From the NCBI GenBank assembly GCA_963819535.1, contig CAWFWL010000003.1:116636-180635 (forward strand): 64,000 nt of DNA. Reading direction: 5' to 3'. The notes under the pieces are model-generated. The model was not told the origin of the DNA. It saw only the letters and a list, made by a program, of their open reading frames with translations, and did no database searches. The stretch comes from an uncultured Actinomycetes bacterium. Its GTDB lineage: Bacteria; Actinomycetota; Thermoleophilia; Gaiellales; Gaiellaceae. The position numbers and the translations under genes were made by a program. Positions 17,867 to 28,146 of this stretch are shown piece after piece (position 1 is the stretch's first letter; every line of letters starts with the position of its first letter).

Positions 17867-20611
17867 TTGCCATTGCCCTGGTTCCGGCGCAAGAAGCCGG
17901 CAGAGCAGGCGCCGTACGCGGCTGCCTCGGAGTACCTCGAAGTTGAATCACCGACCGTCGACGAGCCCGCCGCCGAAGAGACGGCGAGCACCGACGGACA
18001 ATCGACCACAACGCCAAGCAAGCGCCGCCGCGGCACGCGCGGTGGTCGCAATCGCAAGAAGAAGCCGGCGGACGGCGTAGCGGCCGACGCCTCGGCTACG
18101 TCCCCGGACAAGCCCGCGCCGCGGGAGCGCAAGACGCCCGAGCGCAAGCCGCGCGAGCGGCAGGCACAGACCCGCCGCCGCACGCCACCGAAGCGCGCAC
18201 CGCTGCCGAAGGCGAAGCGCGAGCTGCTCATCTCGGTCGACGCCGGCGAGAAGCGCGTCGCCGTGCTCGAGGACGACAAGGTCGCCGAGGTCTACCTCGA
18301 GCGGCCCGAGCGCCACTCGATCGCCGGCAACATCTACCTCGGCGTCGTCGACAACGTGCTGCCGGGCATGGAAGCCGCGTTCGTCGAGATCGGCCTCGAG
18401 AAGAACGGCTTCCTCTACGTCGACGAGATCGTCGGCCCCGAGCTCGAAGGGCGCAAGGGCGCCCGCAAGATCCAGGATCTGATCCAGCGTGGCCAGACGG
18501 TGCTCGTCCAGGCCGTCAAGGACCCGATGAAGACGAAGGGCGCGCGGCTGACGACCGAGGTCTCGCTCCCTGGCCGCTTCGTGGTCTTCGTCCCGCACGG
18601 CGACGGGCTCGGCGTCTCACGCCGGATCGAGGACGAGGAGCGCAACCGGCTGAAGGCGATCCTCAAGGAGATCGCCCCGAAGCACGGCGGCGTGATCGTG
18701 CGCACCGCCGCCGAGGGCGCCTCCGCAGAGGACATCGAGCGTGACCTCGACTTCCTGCAGCGGCTCTGGAAGTCGATCGAGGCGCAGGCGAAGGACGCGA
18801 AGGCGCCGTCGCTGATCTACCAGGAGGCCGAGCTGCCGCTGCGCGTCGTGCGCGACCTCTTCACGGGCGATTTCGAGCGGCTCCTCGTCGACCACGACCG
18901 AACCCACAAGCGCATCGTCGGGTACCTGCGCAAGACCTCGCCGCACATGGCCGAGCGCGTGACGCGGTACAAGGAGCGCGAGCCGCTGATGGAGGCGTTC
19001 GGCGTCGAGCAGGAGATCAAGTCGACGCTCAACCGCCGCGTCGACCTTCCGTCCGGCGGCTACCTGATCTTCGACTACGCCGAGGCGTTCACCGTCATCG
19101 ACGTCAACACCGGCCGGTTCGTCGGCTCGCGTTCCAAGAAATCAGGTGCACGGCTCGAGGACACGATCACGAAGAACAACCTCGAAGCGGTGAAAGAGGT
19201 CGTGCGCCAGCTGCGGCTGCGCGACATCGGCGGCATCATCGTCATCGACTTCATCGACATGGCGAGCCCGAAGAACCGTGCCGCCGTCGAGAAGGCGCTC
19301 GGCGAAGAGCTCGAGCGCGACCGCACCAAGACCTACGTCGTCGAGATCTCGCCGCTCGGCCTCGTCGAGATGACGCGCCAGAACGTCACCGACGGGCCGC
19401 GCGAGGTGATGACGAAGAAATGCCCCACCTGCGGAGGCGACGGCATCGTCGTCTCGGAGCACACGGCTGCGGTCGACGTCGAGCGCCGGCTGCGCTCGCT
19501 CGTCACACCAGGCTCGCGCGACAAGGCGTTCAAGGTGGAGGTCGAGGCGAAGGTCGCCTCGCTCGTCGTCGGCCCGGGCGGCTCGCGGCTCCGCGAGCTC
19601 GAGGAGACGACCCGACGCCGGTTCTTCCTGGTCGGGAAGGACGGCGAGCACCTCGACCACTTCCGCGTGCTCGACCAGGGCACGCTCGAGAAGGTCGCGC
19701 CGAAGCTGCCCGTCGACGTGGGCCAGGAGCTGTCTCTCGCCCTCGGCGAGGTCGGTCTCTACGACGCCCATGCCGGCGTCGGCAAGGTTCAGGATCTCGA
19801 CGTGGTCGTCGCCGATGCGGCGAAGCTCGTCGGCAAGAAGGTGAAGGTGCGGGTAACTGCGGTCACCGAGGGGCTGGCCTGGGCCGAGCTGCTCGTCCCG
19901 CTCGAGCAGGTGCGCGAGCCGCTGACCGCCGAGTCGGAGGCCGAGAAGCCGACCCGCGCGAAGCGCAGCTCGACGGTGCGCAAGGCGGACGAGCCGACGG
20001 CCGAGATGGCCGTCGAGGAGGACGCCACTGAGGACGACGATGCCGAGGAGGATGTCGTCGAGGCCGAGGCCGAGGTCGAGGTCGCACTCGATCCGGAGAC
20101 GGGCGAGCCGCTGCCGCCGAAGAAACGCACGAGGCGCGGCTCGCGCGGGGGCCGGAACCGGAAGAAGAAGCCGGCGACCACCGCCGGGGAGACTCCTGCC
20201 GAGGAGGTGTCAGACACCGAGGTGTCAGACACCGGTGCCGAAGAGGCGCCGGCGGCGCCCGCCGGACCGGTGATCCATATGCCCGAGCGCGATCTCGGCG
20301 AGGCGGCGGAGAGCGACAACGGCGATGCGCCGGCCGCCCCGAAGAAACGCACGCGGCGCGGTTCGCGCGGCGGCAAGAACCGGCGCAAGAAGCCGGTCGG
20401 CGAGGGCGCGGCGCTCGCGGTCACGGCGCTCGAGGCCGACGAGCCCTCCGCCAACGGCGTCGAGGCCGAGCCGGCCGAGGTGTCAGACACCGAGGTGCCA
20501 GACACGGTCGAGGAAACTCCGGAGCCGGAGACCGCGCCTGCGTCCGACGCAGAGCCCGAGGGTGACTGGGGCTACACGCCGATGAGCGAGTGGGGGATGG
20601 ACGAGCGCTAG
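17867..20611 (+). CDS. rne: ribonuclease E/G family endoribonuclease with Arg-rich N- and C-terminal extensions
   Basis: S1 domain ('GNIYLGVVDNVLPGMEAAFVEIG'), a catalytic core ('TVIDVNTG', 'IIVIDFIDM') and a Zn-link 'CPTCGGDG'. It uses a TTG start 8 nt after AGGAGA. Confidence 0.9.
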   Translation: MPLPWFRRKKPAEQAPYAAASEYLEVESPTVDEPAAEETASTDGQSTTTPSKRRRGTRGGRNRKKKPADGVAADASATSPDKPAPRERKTPERKPRERQAQTRRRTPPKRAPLPKAKRELLISVDAGEKRVAVLEDDKVAEVYLERPERHSIAGNIYLGVVDNVLPGMEAAFVEIGLEKNGFLYVDEIVGPELEGRKGARKIQDLIQRGQTVLVQAVKDPMKTKGARLTTEVSLPGRFVVFVPHGDGLGVSRRIEDEERNRLKAILKEIAPKHGGVIVRTAAEGASAEDIERDLDFLQRLWKSIEAQAKDAKAPSLIYQEAELPLRVVRDLFTGDFERLLVDHDRTHKRIVGYLRKTSPHMAERVTRYKEREPLMEAFGVEQEIKSTLNRRVDLPSGGYLIFDYAEAFTVIDVNTGRFVGSRSKKSGARLEDTITKNNLEAVKEVVRQLRLRDIGGIIVIDFIDMASPKNRAAVEKALGEELERDRTKTYVVEISPLGLVEMTRQNVTDGPREVMTKKCPTCGGDGIVVSEHTAAVDVERRLRSLVTPGSRDKAFKVEVEAKVASLVVGPGGSRLRELEETTRRRFFLVGKDGEHLDHFRVLDQGTLEKVAPKLPVDVGQELSLALGEVGLYDAHAGVGKVQDLDVVVADAAKLVGKKVKVRVTAVTEGLAWAELLVPLEQVREPLTAESEAEKPTRAKRSSTVRKADEPTAEMAVEEDATEDDDAEEDVVEAEAEVEVALDPETGEPLPPKKRTRRGSRGGRNRKKKPATTAGETPAEEVSDTEVSDTGAEEAPAAPAGPVIHMPERDLGEAAESDNGDAPAAPKKRTRRGSRGGKNRRKKPVGEGAALAVTALEADEPSANGVEAEPAEVSDTEVPDTVEETPEPETAPASDAEPEGDWGYTPMSEWGMDER
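20206..20233. repeat. tandem pair of GGTGTCAGACACC palindromes inside rne
   Basis: GGTGTCAGACACC GA GGTGTCAGACACC, translated EVSDTEVSDT. Confidence 0.9.
20479..20506. repeat. tandem pair of GGTGTCAGACACC-type palindromes inside rne (second copy degenerate)
   Basis: GGTGTCAGACACC GA GGTGCCAGACACG, translated EVSDTEVPDT. Confidence 0.85.
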
Positions 20612-20678
20612 CCGGTCCCGCTACACTTGCGACCGCTTCGCTGTGGGCGATCCTCGCTCACGCGCGCCTATTTCACTC

Positions 20679-21206
20679 ATGGATTACGCAATCATCCGTC
20701 TTGGCGGCAAGCAGTACCGCGTTCGGGAGGGCGAGACCCTCGTCGTGGACCGCGTCAAGGCCGACGAGGGGAAGACTTTCCAGCCGGACGTCCTGCTCGG
20801 CGACGGGGCGACCGTGACCGCGAAGGTGCTGGCGCACGAGCGCGGGCCGAAGATCCTGATCGGCAAGTACCGCAAGCGCACCGGCTACAAGCGGCACACC
20901 GGGTTCCGGGCGGCGACGTCCCGGATCGAGATCACGCTCGGCGGCGCCAAGAAGGCACAACCTGCCGCGAAGAAGGCCGAGGCCCCCGCCGCCGCGCCGG
21001 CTGTCGCGAAGGACGCCGACGACCACGTGAAGGGGATGCCGAGCGGCTACGAGGGCATGACCGTCGCCCAGGTCGCCGACGGCGCGAAGAGCTGGAATCA
21101 CCCGATGCTCGAGGCAGCGCTCGAATATGAGCGCGCGCACGCCGCCCGGAAGGGCGCGATCGCGGCCCTCGAGTCGGCGCTCAAGGCCAAGGACGAGGAG
21201 GCGTAG
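20679..21206 (+). CDS. rplU: 50S ribosomal protein L21 with a ~70-aa C-terminal extension
   Basis: 'MDYAIIRLGGKQYRV...' is the canonical L21 N-terminus, and ATG 20679 lies in the frame of track ORF 20643. An Ala/Lys-rich linker and an extra helical segment follow the ~100-aa L21 core. Confidence 0.9.
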   Translation: MDYAIIRLGGKQYRVREGETLVVDRVKADEGKTFQPDVLLGDGATVTAKVLAHERGPKILIGKYRKRTGYKRHTGFRAATSRIEITLGGAKKAQPAAKKAEAPAAAPAVAKDADDHVKGMPSGYEGMTVAQVADGAKSWNHPMLEAALEYERAHAARKGAIAALESALKAKDEEA

Positions 21207-21209
21207 GCG

Positions 21210-23236
<2,027 letters not shown>

Positions 23237-23240
<4 letters not shown>

Positions 23241-23593
23241 CGCCAATCGACCAAGCACGCCGGATCGCGGCGCTCGCCCAGGGAAAGCTCGCGCGCGACG
23301 TGGTCATCCTCGACATGCGGCCCGTCTGTTCGTACACGGACTTCTTCGTCGTGTGCACCGGCGGCAACGCGCGACAGACGAAGGCGATCTGGGACGAGGT
23401 GCACACAGAGCTGAAGGCGCAGCACGAGCTGCTGCCACGCTCGGTCGAGGGCGGGACCGAAGCGACCTGGATCGTCGGCGACTACGTCGACGTCGTCCTG
23501 CACGTGTTCACGCCCGAGGCGCGCGAGTACTACCGCCTCGAGGACCTGTGGGACGACGTGCCGCACGAGACGCTCGAAGCGGCCTCGGCCTAA
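23237..23593 (+). CDS. rsfS: ribosome silencing factor RsfS
   Basis: The TTG start overlaps the nadD stop. 'DVVILDMR...TDFFVVCTG.NARQ' is the Iojap/RsfS pattern. Confidence 0.85.
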
Positions 23594-23648
23594 ACGGACC
23601 TGTCTTCTAGACGGACAACAGTCCGTCATCCGTGGTGCGTAAAATCGG

Positions 23649-24086
23649 GTGTCGATGTTGACGACGAACCAGAAGGGCGCGCTTGCCGAGGCGCGGATCG
23701 TGGCTGCGAATGCGATGCGGCATGGGCTCGGTGTCGCGCGGCCGCTCGACGACGAGCGGTACGACCTGATCTTCGATCTTCGCCCGCGCGTTGTTGCGTG
23801 TTCAGTGCAAGTGGGCGCAAGCGCACGGAGACGTGATCTCGGTTCGGCTGTCTACGAGCCGACGCGGCCGGGGTGGAATGATTTGCCGCCGCTACGAACC
23901 AGCGACGAGATCGATGCTTCGGCGCGTACTGCGCTGGACACGCGAGCGTGCTACCTCCTGCCGCGCGGAGGTTGTCGGTCGGCGCGGCGCCAGTGTCTAG
24001 CTCCGCCTCGAGCCGAGCGCGTAACAACCATCAGCAGCAGGGGAATCAACTGGGCGTCTGATTTCGAGCTCGCGGGCTACACTTGA
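23649..24086 (+). pseudogene. PD-(D/E)XK endonuclease (PDDEXK_5-like, 'group I intron-associated' family), frameshifted as written
   Basis: Family blocks are spread over three frames. Examples are 'TNQKGALAEARI...RYDLIFD', 'LRVQCKWAQAHGDVISVRL' (track ORF 23791), 'TSDEIDA', 'LRLEP', 'RNNHQQQG' and 'INWASDFEL'. Confidence 0.6.
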
Positions 24087-24096
24087 GCGGCTGCGA

Positions 24097-24169
24097 GGGC
24101 CCATAGCTCAGTTGGGAGAGCGTCTGGATGGCATCCAGAAGGCCGCCGGTTCGAGCCCGGCTGGGTCCA
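24097..24169 (+). tRNA. tRNA-Ala (anticodon GGC)
   Basis: Cloverleaf folded by hand: acceptor GGGCCCA/TGGGTCC with the G3:U70 identity pair, D arm GCTC-AGTTGGGA-GAGC, anticodon stem TCTGG/CCAGA with loop ATGGCAT, and T arm CCGGT-TCGAGCC-CGG. No CCA is encoded. Confidence 0.9.
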
Positions 24170-24227
24170 TCAACTAGAACGTCGATTCCAGGTATTCACA
24201 GCGCCGACGACGACCAAGGAGCGAACG

Positions 24228-24341
24228 ATGCGTCAAGCGTTCATCTCAATCGAACAGGGCTTCTTCACCTATTCGGAGGGTATGACGCTTGCTGCAACGA
24301 CCGCTCAACTTGGGAATCCTGGCGCATGTAGACGCCGGTAA
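24228..24341 (+). CDS. 37-codon upstream ORF (candidate leader peptide) overlapping the start of the ribosomal-protection gene
   Basis: AAGGAG (24216-24221) plus 6 nt plus ATG. It translates MRQAFISIEQGFFTYSEGMTLAATTAQLGNPGACRRR, and its stop lies 50 nt inside the downstream ORF in another frame. Confidence 0.35.
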   Translation: MRQAFISIEQGFFTYSEGMTLAATTAQLGNPGACRRR

Positions 24342-26247
24342 GACGACACTCACAGAACGGCTGCTCTACGCGGCCGGGGTCATCGACGAGCCCGGCCGCG
24401 TCGACGAGGGCACCACCCAGACCGACACGCTGGCGCTCGAACGCCAGCGTGGGATCACGATCAAGTCGGCCGTCGTGTCGTTCGCGATCGACGACGTCAC
24501 CGTCAACCTGATCGACACCCCGGGCCATCCGGACTTCATCGCCGAGGTCGAGCGCGTCCTGAGCGTGCTCGACGGTGCCGTGCTCGTCGTCTCGGCTGTC
24601 GAAGGCGTGCAGCCGCAGACGCGCATCCTGATGCGCGCGCTCCAACGGCTCCGCATACCGACGCTGATCTTCGTCAACAAGCTCGACCGCGCCGGGGCGG
24701 ACGACGTCCGGGTCGTGCGGGCGCTCTCGGAGCGCCTGACGCCGGCGGTCATCCCGGTCGGGGCTGCACATGGGCTCGGGACGCGAAGCGCCGAGTTCAC
24801 ACCGTTCGGCGAGGACGACCCCGAGTTCCACGCGCGCCTGGCGGAGTTCCTCGCCGAGCGGGACGAGGCGTTGCTCGGGGCGTTCGTCGAGGACGAGACG
24901 AACGTGCCGTATCGCCGGCTGCTGGCGGCGTTGGCGGCGCAGACGAAACAGGCGCTCGTGCACCCCGTCTTCTCCGGCTCGGCTGTCACGGGAGCAGGCG
25001 TCGGCGCGCTCATGGCGGGCATCGTGGCGTTGCTGCCCGCATCCGAGGGCGATCCGTCAGATCCCGTCGACGGGACGATCTTCAAGATCGAGCGCGGCCC
25101 ACATGGCGAGAAGATCGCGTACGCCAGGCTGTTCGCGGGCACGATCCGCACGCGCGACCGGCTGCGCTTCGGCCGTGTCAGCGAAGAAAAGGTGACTGCG
25201 ATCGCCGTGTTCGAGCACGGACGTGCCGAACAGCGTCCGGCCGTCTGCGCAGGCTCGGTCGGCAAGCTCTGGGGACTGACCGATGCGCAGATCGGCGACC
25301 GCATCGGCGAGACCAGTTCCGCGACGGCCGAGCATCAGTTCCCGCCACCGACGCTCGAGTCGGTCGTGGTCGCCGGCAACTCCGACGACGGTGCCCGCCT
25401 GCACGTCGCCCTCGCCCAGCTCGCCGAGCAGGATCCACTGATCAACGTCCGGCACGACGAGACGCGCCGGCAGACGTCGGTCTCGTTGTACGGCGAGGTG
25501 CAGAAGGAAGTCATCCAGACGACGCTCGCGACCGAGTACGGGCTCGAGGTCGCGTTCCACCAGACGACGCCGATCTACATCGAGCGACCCAGGAGCATCT
25601 GCCGGGCGGTCGAGATCCTGCACGCAGATTCGAATCCGTTCCTCGCCACGATCGGGCTGCGGGTCGATCCGGCGCCGATCGGTTCCGGGGTCGAGTTTCG
25701 CCTCCACGTCGATCACACCACGATCCCGCTGTACATCTACAAGACCGCCGCGAGCTTCGAGGAGCACATGGCGGAGTACGTCCGGCAGGCGCTCTCGGTC
25801 GGGCTCTTCGGCTGGGAGGTCACGGACTGCACCGTGACGCTGGCGGAGTGCATGTACAGCGTCCCCGACGGGCCACCGTCGAGGCGCGGGCCGCTCAGCA
25901 CCGCCGCGGACTTCCGGAAGCTCACGCCGCTCGTCCTCAGGCAGGCACTCGAGAACGGCGGGACCGTCGTCTGTGAACCGGTCGTCCGAGTGAATGTGGA
26001 GCTTCCGGAGACCGCGGTCGCAGCGACGCTCGCAGCACTCGCACGGCTGGGCGCCGACGTCCAGGGCCTCTCGATGGAGGCCGAGATTCCGGTGATCGAC
26101 GCGATCTTGCCGTCGTCGCAGGCCGACGAGCTCCAGCGACAGCTCCCACGATTGACCGGCGGTGAGGGTGCGCTCGAGTCGAGCTTCGCCGGGTACCAGT
26201 CGGTGAGCGGCGAGCCACCGGTGCGGCACCTGACCATGTCCGCGTAA
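24289..26247 (+). CDS. TetM/TetO/OtrA-like ribosomal protection protein (translation-factor GTPase paralogue)
   Basis: 'LNLGILAHVDAGKTTLTERLLY', 'DTPGHPDF' and 'NKLD'. The ~650 aa length and five-domain EF-G-like layout fit this class. It uses a TTG start 8 nt after GGAGGG. Confidence 0.8.
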   Translation: MLQRPLNLGILAHVDAGKTTLTERLLYAAGVIDEPGRVDEGTTQTDTLALERQRGITIKSAVVSFAIDDVTVNLIDTPGHPDFIAEVERVLSVLDGAVLVVSAVEGVQPQTRILMRALQRLRIPTLIFVNKLDRAGADDVRVVRALSERLTPAVIPVGAAHGLGTRSAEFTPFGEDDPEFHARLAEFLAERDEALLGAFVEDETNVPYRRLLAALAAQTKQALVHPVFSGSAVTGAGVGALMAGIVALLPASEGDPSDPVDGTIFKIERGPHGEKIAYARLFAGTIRTRDRLRFGRVSEEKVTAIAVFEHGRAEQRPAVCAGSVGKLWGLTDAQIGDRIGETSSATAEHQFPPPTLESVVVAGNSDDGARLHVALAQLAEQDPLINVRHDETRRQTSVSLYGEVQKEVIQTTLATEYGLEVAFHQTTPIYIERPRSICRAVEILHADSNPFLATIGLRVDPAPIGSGVEFRLHVDHTTIPLYIYKTAASFEEHMAEYVRQALSVGLFGWEVTDCTVTLAECMYSVPDGPPSRRGPLSTAADFRKLTPLVLRQALENGGTVVCEPVVRVNVELPETAVAATLAALARLGADVQGLSMEAEIPVIDAILPSSQADELQRQLPRLTGGEGALESSFAGYQSVSGEPPVRHLTMSA

Positions 26248-26384
26248 CCCTTTTCTCGATCTTCGATCGGTGTCGCGCCCGTTCCGCATCAACCACGCGG
26301 CCGTCCGCGCGTTTCAGCGTCCGACACCCCTCGACTGCGAAGGCGAACGTGAGGCGGGCGCCTTCCGCCGAAAGGAAGGAACGA

Positions 26385-27977
26385 ATGCGTTCCACGATCG
26401 CAGCTGCGCTCGTCGTGCTCGTCGCGGCACTCGTCGTCGCGAGTACGGCCGGCGCGAAGCAGGTCAAGACGGGCGGCACCCTCACCGTCGATCTCACGAC
26501 CGACGTCGACTACACCGACCCGTCGCTCAGCTATCTCTCGACCGGCTGGGAGCTCGAGTTCGCGACGTGCCTCAAGCTGGTCAACTATCCGGATGCGAAC
26601 GGCGCCCGCGGGAGCCAGCTCGTGCCGGAGGCAGCGTCCGGGTTCCCGAAGGTCTCGAACAACGGCAAGACGTACGACTTCACCGTCGCCACCGGCTTCA
26701 CGAAGTTCTCGAACGGACAGCCGGTGACCGCCGCGTCGTTCAAGGCGGCGATCGACCGTGACGCCGATCCCAAGATGCAGTCGCCGTCCGGCGCGTTCAT
26801 GGCCGACATCGTCGGCGCGAACGCGAGCCCGGTCTCGGGTGTCCGCGTCAAGGGGAACCACCTGCTGATCACGATGACGCATGCCGCGCCGGACCTGCTC
26901 GCCCGGTTGGCGATGCCGTTCTTCTGCGCGGTTCCGACGTCGCTGCCGCACGACCCGAACGGCGTCGACACGCCGCCGTCGGCCGGTCCGTACTACGTGG
27001 CGAGCCGGATCGCGAACAAGTCGATCGTGCTCAAGACCAACCCGTACTACAAGGGCAAGCGTCCCCACAACGCCGACCAGATCGTCTACAACATCGGCAA
27101 CTCGCTGGACGCGACCTACCTGCGTGTGCAGCAGGGCTCGACCGACTACGCGGCCGGCGGCATCCCGCCCGCCTCGTACGCCGAGGCCGCCCAGAAGTAC
27201 GGCATCAACAAGGGCCAGTTCTGGGTCAAGCCGCTGCTCAATACGTCGTATCTCGCGTTCAACATGTCGCGCGGGATCTTCAAGGACAACATCGCGCTGC
27301 GGAAGGCCGTCAACCAGGTGATCGACCGGCGGGCGATGCTCGCACAGTCCGGGTATCTGGCCGGCAAGCGCACCGACCAGATCCTGCCTCCGGGCATGGC
27401 CGGGTTCCGCGACGCGGATCTGTACCCGCTTCAGCAGCCGAACATCAAGGCTGCGCAGAAGCTCGCAAACGGCCACACCGGAGACGGGAACGTCGTCCTG
27501 TACGAGGGCAATCGCGGCGCCTCGCCGCTACGGGCCCAGATCATCCAGTTCAACCTCAAGCAGATCGGCCTCAACGTGAACGTGACCCTGCTCCCGCGGG
27601 CCGTTCAGATCCAGAAGGAAGGCACGCGCGGCGAGCCGTTCGACATCGCCGACGAGTCGTGGGGAGCCGACTACGCCGATCCGTACGACTTCATCAACGT
27701 GCTCCTGGACGGCAACAACATCCAGGACTCGAACAACAACAACTTCTCGTACTTCAACGATCCGAAGTTCAACCAGCAGATGACGCAGGCGTCGCTGCTG
27801 TCGGGAACCGGCCGCTACACCGCGTACGGCAACCTGGACGTCGCGATCATGCAGCAAGCCGTCCCGTGGGCGCCTCGGTCGAACACGAACAACCGCATGC
27901 TCGTCAGCAAACGGTTCGGGTGCTTCACCTACAGCGCGATCTACACGGTCGACCTCGCAGCTGCCTGCCTGAAGTAG
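26385..27977 (+). CDS. ABC transporter substrate-binding protein, family 5 (peptide/nickel type)
   Basis: ATG 26385 follows AAGGAAGGA and is followed by the signal peptide 'MRSTIAAALVVLVAALVVASTAGA'. The SBP_bac_5-like body is about 530 aa. No permease or ATPase genes are adjacent. Confidence 0.8.
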   Translation: MRSTIAAALVVLVAALVVASTAGAKQVKTGGTLTVDLTTDVDYTDPSLSYLSTGWELEFATCLKLVNYPDANGARGSQLVPEAASGFPKVSNNGKTYDFTVATGFTKFSNGQPVTAASFKAAIDRDADPKMQSPSGAFMADIVGANASPVSGVRVKGNHLLITMTHAAPDLLARLAMPFFCAVPTSLPHDPNGVDTPPSAGPYYVASRIANKSIVLKTNPYYKGKRPHNADQIVYNIGNSLDATYLRVQQGSTDYAAGGIPPASYAEAAQKYGINKGQFWVKPLLNTSYLAFNMSRGIFKDNIALRKAVNQVIDRRAMLAQSGYLAGKRTDQILPPGMAGFRDADLYPLQQPNIKAAQKLANGHTGDGNVVLYEGNRGASPLRAQIIQFNLKQIGLNVNVTLLPRAVQIQKEGTRGEPFDIADESWGADYADPYDFINVLLDGNNIQDSNNNNFSYFNDPKFNQQMTQASLLSGTGRYTAYGNLDVAIMQQAVPWAPRSNTNNRMLVSKRFGCFTYSAIYTVDLAAACLK

Positions 27978-27990
27978 GCGGCTCGAGCCA

Positions 27991-28045
27991 GAAGGAGCGA
28001 CAAGGGGGTGGGGCGCGTGAGCGCCCTGCCCGCTCCTTCTTCCCT
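27991..28045 (+). terminator. compound stem-loop, candidate intrinsic terminator
   Basis: GAAGGAGCG...CGCTCCTTC (9-bp arms) encloses GGGCGC-GTGA-GCGCCC and is followed by TTCTTCC. Confidence 0.5.
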
Positions 28046-28146
28046 GAAGATGTTAAGCAGCTGTTATGCCCGGTTTCGGGCACCGCCGACGGGGCTTGTC
28101 CGTCGTCCCAGCCTTCATGGCAGGCGAGTGGTGGTCCGGGATCGAG

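Noticed and set aside
20206-20506. Repeated 13-mers as a CRISPR array or other spacer-repeat locus.
   Set aside because: There are only two tandem pairs, 245 bp apart, with 2-nt spacers, inside an uninterrupted RNase E reading frame. No cas genes are present in the window.
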